Assembly: GCF_025964975.1 (NCBI RefSeq)
Contig: NZ_JAOPXV010000206.1
Coordinates: 8,020 to 72,019 of the forward strand
DNA length: 64,000 nt
From: Nocardioides sp.
GTDB taxonomy: Bacteria; Actinomycetota; Actinomycetes; Propionibacteriales; Nocardioidaceae
Direction of reading: 5' to 3'
The number at the start of each line of letters is the position of its first letter. Positions within the stretch are counted from its first letter, which is position 1. This document shows, one piece after another, positions 55,672-64,000 of the stretch. The notes under the pieces were generated by a model. The model made no database searches and was not told where the DNA came from. It saw only the letters and a list, made by a program, of their open reading frames with translations. The position numbers were made by a program, and so were the translations under genes.

Positions 55672-56727
55672 ATGAGGATCCTGTCCGTCCGCGGTGCCCT
55701 GCCCCCGCACTCCCACTCGCAGGCGGAGATCACCGAGGCCTTCACGGGCGTCATCGCACAGGGCAGCCTCGACCGGGCCCTGCTCCGCCGCTTCCACGCC
55801 AACGCCGGTGTCGATCGCCGCCACACGGTGCTGCCGTTGGCGGACTATGCCGAGCTGCGCGACTTCGGGCACAGCAACGACCTCTTCATCGAGCACGCCG
55901 TCGAGCTCGGCGCCCGCGCCCTGGTCGACGCACTCAACGCGGCCGGCCTGACGCCCTCCGACGTCGATCTCGTGGTGACGGCCACGGTCACCGGGTTGGC
56001 GATCCCGTCGCTGGACTCGCGCATCGCCGCCCTCGTCGGCCTGCGGCCCGACGTGAAGCGGATGCCGCTGGTCGGCCTGGGGTGCGTGGCAGGCGCGGCC
56101 GGCATCGCCCGGGTCCACGACTACCTGCTCGGCCACCCCGATGACACGGCCGTGCTGATCGCCGTCGAGCTGTGCTCGCTCACCCTGCAGCTCGACGACG
56201 TGTCCGTCCCGAACCTGGTGGCCAGCGGACTCTTCGGTGACGGAGCGGCCGCCGTCGTCGCGGTCGGCTCCGCACGCAGCACGGGTCCGGTCGAGGTGCT
56301 CGCGTCGCGCAGCCGGCTCTATCCCGACAGCGAGCGCACCATGGGCTTCGACGTCAGCAGCAACGGCCTCCGGATCGTCCTCGACGCCCAGGTGCCGGCG
56401 CTGGTCGAGCGCTACCTGCGCGAGGACGTCGACGGTTTCCTCGCCGATCACGACCTCACCCGCGACGACATCGGCTGGTGGGTGTGCCACCCGGGCGGTC
56501 CGAAGGTGATCGAGGCGCTCCAGACAGCCCTGGAGGTGTCGCCCGACGACCTGGCCCTGACCTGGGACTCGCTGGCACGGGTCGGCAACCTCTCCTCCGC
56601 CTCGGTCCTGCACGTCCTCGAGGACACCCTCCGCGACCGACCGCCGGCACCCGGGACCTACGGGGTGCTGCTGGCGATGGGGCCGGGGTTCTGCTCCGAG
56701 TTCGTGCTGCTGCGGGCCACGTCGTGA
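55672..56727 (+). CDS. type III polyketide synthase (alkylresorcinol/alkylpyrone synthase-like)
   Basis: ORF trimmed to [12 protein letters not shown]. Cys in [10 protein letters not shown], His in CHPGGPKV and Asn in GNLSSASV. Confidence 0.9.
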   Translation: MRILSVRGALPPHSHSQAEITEAFTGVIAQGSLDRALLRRFHANAGVDRRHTVLPLADYAELRDFGHSNDLFIEHAVELGARALVDALNAAGLTPSDVDLVVTATVTGLAIPSLDSRIAALVGLRPDVKRMPLVGLGCVAGAAGIARVHDYLLGHPDDTAVLIAVELCSLTLQLDDVSVPNLVASGLFGDGAAAVVAVGSARSTGPVEVLASRSRLYPDSERTMGFDVSSNGLRIVLDAQVPALVERYLREDVDGFLADHDLTRDDIGWWVCHPGGPKVIEALQTALEVSPDDLALTWDSLARVGNLSSASVLHVLEDTLRDRPPAPGTYGVLLAMGPGFCSEFVLLRATS

Positions 56728-57269
56728 CGACCCTGCTCGCGTTCACGATCCTCGTCGCACTCGTCGGCGTCGAGCGCTTGGCCGAACTGGTCGTCTCCAA
56801 GCGAAATGCCGCCTGGAGCCTCGAGCGCGGTGGCGTCGAGACCGGCTTCGGGCACTACCCCTTCATGGTCGTCCTGCACACGGGCCTGCTGGTGGGTGCC
56901 TTGGCGGAGGCATGGGTAGGCCGACCTGAGGTGCCGTCCGCCCTCGCCTGGTCGATGCTCGGCCTGGTCCTCGCCTCGCAGGCCCTGCGCTGGTGGTGCA
57001 TCGGCACCCTGGGTCGGCGCTGGAACACGCGCGTCATCGTGGTCCCGGGGCTCCCGCCCGTGGACTCCGGGCCCTACCGCCTCATCCGTCACCCCAACTA
57101 CGTCGCCGTCGTCGTCGAGGGTGTCGCCCTGCCACTCGTCCATGCTTCCTGGATCACGGCGCTGGTCTTCACGATCGCCAACGCGGCGCTGCTCACCGTG
57201 CGAATCCGCGCCGAGGACGCAGCGCTCGCGTCGCTCCCGCCTGTCGTGTCCGGGGTCTCGGGTGCGTGA
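56724..57269 (+). CDS. isoprenylcysteine carboxyl methyltransferase (ICMT)-like membrane methyltransferase
   Basis: GTG overlaps the PKS stop (GTGA). Motif [16 protein letters not shown]. Membrane protein. Confidence 0.85.
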   Translation: MTTLLAFTILVALVGVERLAELVVSKRNAAWSLERGGVETGFGHYPFMVVLHTGLLVGALAEAWVGRPEVPSALAWSMLGLVLASQALRWWCIGTLGRRWNTRVIVVPGLPPVDSGPYRLIRHPNYVAVVVEGVALPLVHASWITALVFTIANAALLTVRIRAEDAALASLPPVVSGVSGA

Positions 57270-58296
57270 CCTGGTCGTCGCCGGTGGCGGCCCGGTGGGT
57301 CTCGCAGCCGCCCTGCACGCCGCTCGCGCCGGACTCGACGTCTCGGTGCGCGAGCCCCGGCAGGGTCCCGTCGACAAGGCGTGCGGTGAGGGCCTCATGC
57401 CCGGCGCCCTGGCCGAGCTCGAGGCGTTGTCGGTGGACCCGACAGGGCACCGGCTCGACGGCATCCGTTACCTCGACGGCTCGGGGACCCAGGCGGAGGC
57501 GACGTTCCGGTTCGGACCTGGGCGCGGCGTGCGGCGTACGACCCTGCACGCGGCGTTGTCGGAGCCGCTCGCGGTGGCGGGGGTGGACGTCGATGCCCGC
57601 CCCGTCCGGTCGGTCCGGGACGAGGGCGACCACCTGCTCGTCGACGGCGAGGCCACGCGCTACCTCGTGGCCGCCGACGGGCTGCACTCACCCGTGCGCC
57701 GGCTGCTCGGGCTTGAGGTCGCCGCAGGTGGTCGGCGACGCTTCGGACTGCGTCGCCACGTGGAGCAGGCACCGTGGGCGCCCTACGTGGAGGTGCACTG
57801 GGCAGCCGGGGCGGAGGCCTATGTCACGCCGGTCGCCGGCGACCTGATCGGCGTCGCGGTGCTGACCGACGCAGGCACGGGCTTCGAGGAGGCGCTCGAG
57901 GGCTTCACGGTGCTGCGCGAGCGGCTAACGGGTCCCCGTTCCAAGGTCATGGGCGCCGGACCGCTGCGGCAGCGGGCACGCCGGCGGGTGGCGGGCCGAG
58001 TGCTGCTGGTCGGGGACGCGGCGGGCTACGTCGACGCCCTCACCGGGGAGGGCATCGCGATCGGCCTGGCGCAGGCCCGGGCCGCCGTCGCGTGCGTGGT
58101 CGCTGACACGCCGGCCCGCTACGAGGAGCAGGCGCGGCGGATCGGCCGCCAGCACGAGCTGATGACCCACGCGCTGCTGATGGCCACCGCCCGTCCACCC
58201 GTGCGCAGGCGACTCGTCGCGACCGCGGCCCGGGCCCCGTGGCTCTTCTCCGCAGCGGTCAACCAGCTCGCCCGACCGATCGAGGTGCCAGCATGA
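57262..58296 (+). CDS. FAD-dependent monooxygenase/reductase (geranylgeranyl-reductase-like family)
   Basis: GTG 57262 gives an 8-nt overlap with the upstream gene. Motifs VVAGGGPVGLAAAL, ADGLHSPVR and GDAAGYVDALTGEGI. Confidence 0.85.
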   Translation: MRDLVVAGGGPVGLAAALHAARAGLDVSVREPRQGPVDKACGEGLMPGALAELEALSVDPTGHRLDGIRYLDGSGTQAEATFRFGPGRGVRRTTLHAALSEPLAVAGVDVDARPVRSVRDEGDHLLVDGEATRYLVAADGLHSPVRRLLGLEVAAGGRRRFGLRRHVEQAPWAPYVEVHWAAGAEAYVTPVAGDLIGVAVLTDAGTGFEEALEGFTVLRERLTGPRSKVMGAGPLRQRARRRVAGRVLLVGDAAGYVDALTGEGIAIGLAQARAAVACVVADTPARYEEQARRIGRQHELMTHALLMATARPPVRRRLVATAARAPWLFSAAVNQLARPIEVPA

Positions 58297-58874
58297 AGTC
58301 CGAGTCGGTCGTCCTGCTCGACGAGGCCGGCCGTGCTGTGGGCACGGCTGACAAGCGCGGGGTGCACCACGCGGAGACCCCGCTCCACCTCGCCTTCTCG
58401 GTCCACATCTTCGACGGGCGCGGTCTGGTGCTGGTCACGCAGAGGGCGCTGGACAAGGCAACGTTCCCCGGCGTGTGGAGCAATGCCTGTTGCGGTCACC
58501 CGGCTCCCGGCGAGGACCTCGCGGATGCCGTACGCCGACGCGTGCACGAGGAGCTCGGGTTGCGCATCGACGGACTGCGGCTGCTCCTTCCGCGCTTCCG
58601 CTACCGCGCGGTCCAGGACGGGACGGTGGAGAACGAGATGTGCCCGGTCTTCGTGGCGACGACCTCCGACGAGGTCCGGCTCGACCCGGCCGAGGTGGCC
58701 GAGGCCAAGTGGGAGCCCTGGTCGGAGTTCCGCGCGGCTGTCCTGGACGGGACCCGTCCCATCTCGCAGTGGTGCCGCGAGCAGGTCGAGCAGCTGCCCG
58801 TCCAGCCGTTGTCCGCGCCCGCCGCCTCCGAGGACGACCTGCCGCCTGCCGCGCGCGGGCTCAGCGCATCCTGA
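58293..58874 (+). CDS. idi: type 1 isopentenyl-diphosphate delta-isomerase (Nudix)
   Basis: ATGA overlap with the upstream stop. Active-site motifs WSNACCGHP and ENEMCPVF. Confidence 0.9.
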   Translation: MKSESVVLLDEAGRAVGTADKRGVHHAETPLHLAFSVHIFDGRGLVLVTQRALDKATFPGVWSNACCGHPAPGEDLADAVRRRVHEELGLRIDGLRLLLPRFRYRAVQDGTVENEMCPVFVATTSDEVRLDPAEVAEAKWEPWSEFRAAVLDGTRPISQWCREQVEQLPVQPLSAPAASEDDLPPAARGLSAS

Positions 58875-59388
58875 GCTCAGGCTGCTCGCGCCCGCGGGCC
58901 AGCCGGTCCACCCGGGCCAGGGCAGCGGGGATGCGATGGGGACCGGCCATCGCGGACACCATCTGTGCGGCCTCGGCCAGGTCCACGCCGCCCGCCGTCG
59001 TCACGTAGAGCGGTCGACTGCCACCGCCGCGGACGACCTCAGCGGCATGGGTCGCTCCGCGGAACGGTGTCTTCGCGACCCCGATGACGGGCAGGCGGAA
59101 CGCCTCCGCTGCATGGGCGCCGAGACCGGGGCGGCCGTCCGGGTCGAGGGTGGCGTAGCCATCGATCACCAGGAGCTCCAGGGGTGGGCCGAACTCCAGC
59201 ACCGCCGTGATGCAGGGGAGCTCGCGTCGGTAGAGCGCCCCGGGCTCATAGGGGGCCGTGCGGGCGATGTCGGCCACGTGCTCGGCCACGACGGTGTCGA
59301 AGGTGAGCTCGTCACCGACGACCAGCCCTGCCCTCGCTCGGCCGCTGTCGGCGTACTGCACGTCGACTGCGCCCACGGCGGGGCTCAC
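58861..59388 (-). CDS. nfi: endonuclease V
   Basis: ORF trimmed to GTG 59386-59388 (GTGA overlap with the map stop). Motifs GAVDVQY and VIDGYATLDPDGRPGLGAHAAEAFRLPVIGVAKT. Confidence 0.8.
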   Translation of the reverse strand: MSPAVGAVDVQYADSGRARAGLVVGDELTFDTVVAEHVADIARTAPYEPGALYRRELPCITAVLEFGPPLELLVIDGYATLDPDGRPGLGAHAAEAFRLPVIGVAKTPFRGATHAAEVVRGGGSRPLYVTTAGGVDLAEAAQMVSAMAGPHRIPAALARVDRLARGREQPELRMR

Positions 59389-60155
59389 GTGGGTTGCACG
59401 GTCATGATCTCGGCGCCGTCCTCGGTGATCAGGATCGTGTGCTCGCTGTGGGCGGTCCGGCACCCGGTGGCACTCCGCAGGGTCCACCCGTCGGCGTCGG
59501 TGACGAGCTCGTCGGTGTCGGCCATGACCCAGGGCTCGAGGGCCAGCAGCAGGCCGGGCCTCAGCGCGAATCCGCGGCCGGGCCGTCCCGAGTTCGAGAT
59601 GTGCGGGTCCTGGTGCATCGTCGAGCCGACGCCGTGACCGCCGAAGTCGAGGTTGATCGAGAAGCCCGCCTCGGTCAGCACCGATCCGATGGCGTGGGAC
59701 AGGTCGCCGATGCGGGCGCCCGGACCGGCCGCGGCGATCCCGGCCGCCCGCGCTCGCTCGGTCGCCTCGATCATCGCGACGTCCTCAGGGGACCCCGCGC
59801 CGCCCACGACGAAGCTGACCGCCGAGTCGGCGACGACGCCGAGCGACACCGCAAGGTCGAGGGAGAGCAGGTCACCGTCCGCCAGGGTGTAGTCGTGCGG
59901 CAGTCCGTGGAGCACGGCGTCGTTGACCGACGTGCAGATGTAGTGCCCGAAGGGCCCGCGACCGAAGCTCGGTGCATAGTCGACGTAGCAGGACAGGGCG
60001 CCCGCCTCCCCGATCATCGTCTGCGCCCAGCGATCGATGTCCAGGAGGTTGGTGCCGGGGGTGCTGCGGGCCCTCAAGGTGCTGAGGATGTGGCCGACCA
60101 GCGCTCCCGCTTCGCGCGCCTGCGGCCAACGGCTGGGGCTGAGCACCTCGATCAT
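59385..60155 (-). CDS. map: type I methionyl aminopeptidase
   Basis: ORF trimmed to MIEVLSPSR. Metal-ligand pattern ...SLDLAV...GHGVG...LEPW...SEHTILIT. Confidence 0.9.
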   Translation of the reverse strand: MIEVLSPSRWPQAREAGALVGHILSTLRARSTPGTNLLDIDRWAQTMIGEAGALSCYVDYAPSFGRGPFGHYICTSVNDAVLHGLPHDYTLADGDLLSLDLAVSLGVVADSAVSFVVGGAGSPEDVAMIEATERARAAGIAAAGPGARIGDLSHAIGSVLTEAGFSINLDFGGHGVGSTMHQDPHISNSGRPGRGFALRPGLLLALEPWVMADTDELVTDADGWTLRSATGCRTAHSEHTILITEDGAEIMTVQPT

Positions 60156-60496
60156 GGGGACATCCTTGCGCAGCCCACGCAGCGCCGCGCCGTCGGCCGA
60201 GCCTCGAGCCGCGCTTCCGGTATGGCGCAACGGCACACCTCGCAGGTGCCGTAGGTCCCGTCCTCGAGGCGAGCAACCGCGTCAACGATCTCGGCGAGAT
60301 GAGCCCGGGCCTGTCTCACCAACGCCCCGATCTGCGAACGCTCGAAGGCGATGGTGGCGCCCTCGGGATCGTGCTCGTCATCGGCGTTGGTGTCGAGGGA
60401 CGCGGCGACCACGGAGTCGTGGTCAGCCGTCAGGGCAGCCAGCCGAGTGAGGACCCGCGCACGCTCGTCGTCCAGCAGCGCGCGTACGTCGTCCAT
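60152..60496 (-). CDS. TraR/DksA-family C4 zinc-finger protein
   Basis: The last 114 codons of track ORF 60152..61975 begin at MDDVRALL. Zinc finger CEVCRCAIPEARLEARPTARRCVGC. ATGA overlap with the map start. Confidence 0.8.
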   Translation of the reverse strand: MDDVRALLDDERARVLTRLAALTADHDSVVAASLDTNADDEHDPEGATIAFERSQIGALVRQARAHLAEIVDAVARLEDGTYGTCEVCRCAIPEARLEARPTARRCVGCARMSP

Positions 60497-60547
60497 CCCC
60501 TCACACTGCCAGCCGACACCGACGAGGGGGGATCTAGGATCCGGCAG

Positions 60548-61597
60548 GTGACCTCCACAGCACAGGCGATCTCCCCCGACTCGGGCACCCACTGGACCGA
60601 GCCGGGTGCCTGGCTGGTCGCGCCGGGCGTGCACCGGATCCCGCTCCCGCTCCCGATGGACGGGTTGCGGGCGGTCAACGTCTACGTCGTGGAGGCGGAC
60701 GACGGGCTCACCCTCATCGACGGCGGCTGGGCCATCGAGGTGGCGCGCACCCTGCTGGAGACGTCGCTGCACGGCATCGGCTTCGACGTCCGCGACATCC
60801 GGCGCTTCCTGGTCACGCACGTGCACCGCGACCACTACACGCAGGCGGTGACGATCCGTCGCGAGTTCGGCTCGCACGTCTCGCTCGGCCTGGGCGACAA
60901 GGCGACGCTGGACCTCATCCACGCCGGAGCGCAGGGCGGACAGGACCCGCACGTCGAGATGTTCGTGGCCGCGGGAGCGGCCGACATCGCGCGCCAGTGG
61001 GAGGACTTCACCCGCAACCACACCGCCGACCTGTCGCTGTGGGACTACCCCGACGAATGGCTCGAGGGCGACAGCACGCTGACGGTGGGCGACCGCACCA
61101 TCGACGCCGTCCACACCCCGGGTCACACGCAGGGGCACTACGTCTTCGCCGACCGGCCGAGCGGGCTGCTCTTCGCCGGCGACCACGTCCTGCCGACGAT
61201 CACCCCCTCGATCGGCTTCGAGCCGGTCCTCGCCGACCAGCCCCTGGGTGACTTCATGGCCTCGCTCACCAAGGTGCGTGGGCTGCCCGACCTCATGCTG
61301 CTGCCGGCCCACGGCCCGGTCGCCCCGTCCGCCCACGCGAGGATCGACGAGCTGCTGGCCCATCACGAGACCCGGCTGGGCCTGTGTGTCGCTGTGCTCG
61401 ACGGCAACGCGTCGTCGTCGGCCTTCGACATCGCGGGCGCGCTGCCGTGGACCCGGCACGAGCATGCGCTCAAGGACCTCGACGTCTTCAATGCCGCGCT
61501 CGCCACCCTGGAGACCCGTGCCCACCTCGAGCTGCTGGTCGCGCGGGGGACGCTGACCCGGGGCCACGTGGACGGCGTGGTGCTCTACTCGGCCTGA
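60548..61597 (+). CDS. MBL-fold metallo-hydrolase
   Basis: GTG 60548. Motif THVHRDH, then ...HTPGHTQGH...AGDHV... Confidence 0.85.
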   Translation: MTSTAQAISPDSGTHWTEPGAWLVAPGVHRIPLPLPMDGLRAVNVYVVEADDGLTLIDGGWAIEVARTLLETSLHGIGFDVRDIRRFLVTHVHRDHYTQAVTIRREFGSHVSLGLGDKATLDLIHAGAQGGQDPHVEMFVAAGAADIARQWEDFTRNHTADLSLWDYPDEWLEGDSTLTVGDRTIDAVHTPGHTQGHYVFADRPSGLLFAGDHVLPTITPSIGFEPVLADQPLGDFMASLTKVRGLPDLMLLPAHGPVAPSAHARIDELLAHHETRLGLCVAVLDGNASSSAFDIAGALPWTRHEHALKDLDVFNAALATLETRAHLELLVARGTLTRGHVDGVVLYSA

Positions 61598-62031
61598 GGC
61601 CTGCGCATCGGCAGGTGTGCGACACCGTCCTCGACGAACTCTGGCCCGCTCACCTCGAAGCCGTAGCCCGCATACCAACCGCTGAGCCCCGTCTGTGCGT
61701 CCAGCCGGATCTCGCGGCCGCCGATCTCCGCCATCGCGGCGTCCATGAGCTCGCGCGCGAGCCCGCGGCCGCGGGCAGCCGGGGCCACCACGACGCGGCC
61801 GATCCGGGCGCACGCCCCGTCGTCGAGCACCCGCAGGCAGCCGACGAGCTCCCTGTCTCCGGCCGAGCCGTCGATCGCCAGGACGTGACGGGTGGCGGGT
61901 TCGAGGTCGCGCCCGTCGAGATCGGGGTACGGCGACTGCTGCTCGACGACGAAGACCTGCTGCCGCAGGCGCCACAGCGCGTAGGCCGTGCGGGTGTCGA
62001 GGTCGTCGAAGGTCAGCACCGTCACGGTCAT
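61585..62031 (-). CDS. ElaA-like GNAT N-acetyltransferase
   Basis: ORF trimmed to MTVTVLTFDDL. Motifs LRQQVFVVEQQSPYPDLDGRD and RGRGLARELM. Confidence 0.8.
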   Translation of the reverse strand: MTVTVLTFDDLDTRTAYALWRLRQQVFVVEQQSPYPDLDGRDLEPATRHVLAIDGSAGDRELVGCLRVLDDGACARIGRVVVAPAARGRGLARELMDAAMAEIGGREIRLDAQTGLSGWYAGYGFEVSGPEFVEDGVAHLPMRRPQAE

Positions 62032-62107
62032 GCGGTCATTGTCACTCGTGTCTACGAGGTGGCCACCCGGGCTCTGCGCCACCGGCGCTGCGGCGTACGC
62101 TGGCATC

Positions 62108-62199
62108 ACAAGACAGGGGAGCACGCCAGTGCTGAGAGTGCGGTTCGTCCGCAGACCCTCCGAACCTGATCCGGTTAGCACCGGCGATAGGGAGTCACC
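62108..62199 (+). ncRNA. TPP (THI-box) riboswitch
   Basis: GGGGAGC...GCTGAGAG...ACCCTCCGAACCTGATCCGGTTAGCACCGGCGATAGGGA matches the conserved THI-box core. It lies directly upstream of a thiamine-type binding protein gene. Confidence 0.85.
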
Positions 62200-62202
62200 G
62201 CA

Positions 62203-63294
62203 ATGTTGCGTCGCCTACGAACGATCTCGATCGCGTCCGTCACCGTCGTCGTCCTCTCCACCGGCTGCAGCACCATGGGTGACTCGGGCGCCGACGCCAC
62301 CGAGCCCAGCCCCGAGGCTGCGGCCGGCTCGCAGGACGTCGGCGGGAAGGTCGTCCTCGTAAGCCACGAGTCGTTCAACCTGCCCAAGAAGCTGGTCGCC
62401 GCCTTCGAGCGCGAGAGCGGGATCGACCTGGTGACCCGGTCGGCGGGCGATGCCGGGACGCTCACGGCCAAGCTGTCGCTGACGAAGGGCAACCCCACCG
62501 GGGACCTGGCCTTCGGGGTCGACAACACCTTCGCGTCGCGTCCGCTGGACGAGGGGGTGTTCGCGACCTACGAGCCCACCCTGCCCGCCGGCGCTGCGGA
62601 GTTCGCCCTCGAGGAGGGCGCCGACAAGCTCACGCCGATCGACGTGGGCCACGTGTGCGTCAACGTCGACACGGAGTGGTTCGAGCAGGAGGGCATCAAC
62701 CCGCCCGAGACCCTGGCCGACCTCGTCGACCCGACCTACCAGGACCTCTTCGTCACCCCCGGGGCCTCGACGAGCTCGCCCGGCATGGCGTTCTTCCTGA
62801 GCACGGTCGCGGAGTACGGCGACGACTGGCCCGACTACTGGACGAGGCTGCTCGACAACGGCGCCAAGGTCGTCGACGGCTGGGAGGACGCCTACTTCGG
62901 CGACTTCACCCAGGGCGGCGGCAAGGGCACCCGCCCGATCGTCGTCTCCTACGACTCGTCGCCCGCGTTCACCGTGCCCAAGGGCAGCGACAAGTCCTCC
63001 ACTGCCGCGCTGCTCGACACCTGCTTCCGTCAGGTCGAGTACGCCGGGGTGCTCGAGGGGGCGGCCAACCCCGACGGTGCCGAGGCGGTCATCGACTGGT
63101 TGCTGAGCACGGAGGTGCAGGCCGCGCTGCCGACCGCGATGTACGTCTTCCCCGTCAGCGACGAGGCCGAGGTGCCCGCGGACTGGGCCAAGCACGCCGT
63201 CCAGCCGAGCGCGCCGATGACGGTGTCGCCGGCCGACATCGCTGCGAACCGCGAGCAGTGGCTGACCGAGTGGACGGACGTTGTCACCAGGTAG
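62203..63294 (+). CDS. thiB: thiamine ABC transporter substrate-binding lipoprotein
   Basis: Lipobox VVLSTGCS and a Fe/thiamine-type SBP pattern. Riboswitch context supports the call. Confidence 0.8.
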   Translation: MLRRLRTISIASVTVVVLSTGCSTMGDSGADATEPSPEAAAGSQDVGGKVVLVSHESFNLPKKLVAAFERESGIDLVTRSAGDAGTLTAKLSLTKGNPTGDLAFGVDNTFASRPLDEGVFATYEPTLPAGAAEFALEEGADKLTPIDVGHVCVNVDTEWFEQEGINPPETLADLVDPTYQDLFVTPGASTSSPGMAFFLSTVAEYGDDWPDYWTRLLDNGAKVVDGWEDAYFGDFTQGGGKGTRPIVVSYDSSPAFTVPKGSDKSSTAALLDTCFRQVEYAGVLEGAANPDGAEAVIDWLLSTEVQAALPTAMYVFPVSDEAEVPADWAKHAVQPSAPMTVSPADIAANREQWLTEWTDVVTR

Positions 63295-63303
63295 GGCCGT
63301 CCG

Positions 63304-64000
63304 GTGAGGCGGTGGCTCACGCTCGCCCTGCTCGCCGCGGGCCCGGTCCTTGTGGTCGCGGTGTTCTTCGTGCTGCCGGTCGGCGGGATGGTCGCACGGG
63401 GGTTCGTCTCCGACGGCGTCCTCGATCCCGGCGGGGTCCTCCAGGTGCTGGCCCGGCCGCGGGTCGCCCGCGTCGCGTGGTTCACGGTGTGGAGTGCGGC
63501 GGCCGCCACCGCGATCTCCGTCCTGCTCGGGCTGCCCGCGGCCTTCGTGCTGCACCGCCTCGCGCTGCCCGGCCGGAAGATGATCCGGGCCGCGTTGCTG
63601 GTGCCGTTCGTGCTCCCGACCGTGGTGGTCGGGGTCGCCTTCCGATTGCTTCTCGGTGAGGCCGGACCTCTGGGCTTCCTCGGGCTCGACGGCACGCCGG
63701 TGGCCATCGTCATCGGACTGGTCTTCTTCAACCTCGCGGTGGTGATCCGCGCGGTCGGCGCAGCGTGGGAGTCCCTCGACGCCCGGCCCGCCGAGGCGGC
63801 TGCTGCGCTGGGGGCGTCCCCGGTGCAGGTGTGGTGGACGGTCACCCTACCGGCTCTGCGCCCGGCCATCGTGTCGGCGGCCAGCATCGTCTTCCTGTTC
63901 TGCGCCACCGCGTTCGGCATCGTGCTGACACTCGGCGGCGTGCGTTACGCGACGGTCGAGACCGAGATCTACCTGCTGACGACCACGCTGTTCGACCTCC
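63304..64000 (+). CDS. thiP: thiamine/iron-type ABC transporter permease (5' part, runs off the window)
   Basis: Not in the ORF track because there is no stop in the window. My translation from GTG 63304 reads VRRWLTLALLAAGPVLVVAVFFVLP...EAAAALGASPVQVWWTVTLPALRPAI (EAA loop). Confidence 0.8.
   Translation, partial: MRRWLTLALLAAGPVLVVAVFFVLPVGGMVARGFVSDGVLDPGGVLQVLARPRVARVAWFTVWSAAAATAISVLLGLPAAFVLHRLALPGRKMIRAALLVPFVLPTVVVGVAFRLLLGEAGPLGFLGLDGTPVAIVIGLVFFNLAVVIRAVGAAWESLDARPAEAAAALGASPVQVWWTVTLPALRPAIVSAASIVFLFCATAFGIVLTLGGVRYATVETEIYLLTTTLFDL

Noticed and set aside
60497-61975. Upstream 493 codons of the 607-aa ORF 60152..61975
   Set aside because: This part is antisense to the MBL hydrolase gene and not protein-like. 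Only the terminal 114 codons (the TraR/DksA zinc finger) are credible.

Overview
High-GC (roughly 70% by eye) actinobacterial chromosome segment. The gene content looks Nocardioidaceae-like, but the taxon cannot be verified here. All functional calls come from reading motifs in the supplied translations and the raw sequence; no database search was possible.

Layout:
- 0.2-14.7 kb: one minus-strand myo-inositol catabolic supra-operon. In order it carries a TIM-barrel isomerase-like gene, an ABC importer, iolG, a second TIM barrel, iolA, iolC, a Cgl0159-type aldolase, iolB, iolD, a Gfo/Idh/MocA oxidoreductase and iolE. A tauE-gntR pair is transcribed divergently from it.
- 16.5-25.7 kb: a decaying accessory tract. 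It holds an MMPL fragment, an IS3 transposase stub, a frameshifted charged-repeat ORF, a multiply frameshifted DICT-GGDEF gene and a LacI stub. These are interleaved with intact signalling genes (DUF2188, LuxR-type regulator, GAF-ANTAR, PAS histidine kinase, ACT-GNAT).
- 25.7-32 kb: an ArsR-PAT fusion divergent from a flavoprotein and an MFS transporter, followed by small membrane proteins, a cupin and a GNAT.
- 32-36.5 kb: icmF with a signal-less BtuF-like gene and marR.
- 36.5-44.7 kb: CheY-like regulator, YsnF/membrane pair, RsbW-like kinase-PAS fusion, SGNH hydrolase, stand-alone family A DNA polymerase, App1-like phosphatase and a beta-helix protein.
- 44.8-47.4 kb: an 870-aa secreted metzincin-like protein with a PPC-like segment and thrombospondin type 3 repeats.
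- 48-51.6 kb: katG-furA and a CBS protein.
- 51.6-52.3 kb: two fused gene remnants.
- 54-58.9 kb: a GDPD gene followed by a UbiA / type III PKS / ICMT-like / flavoprotein / IDI operon. This is the most interesting locus, a predicted prenylated phenolic-lipid pathway.
- 58.9-64 kb: dksA-like-map-nfi chain, MBL hydrolase, ElaA-type GNAT, and a TPP riboswitch upstream of thiB and thiP.

No rRNA, tRNA, CRISPR array or intact mobile element was seen. Many long ORFs in the supplied track are antisense shadows of real genes, as expected at this GC content.
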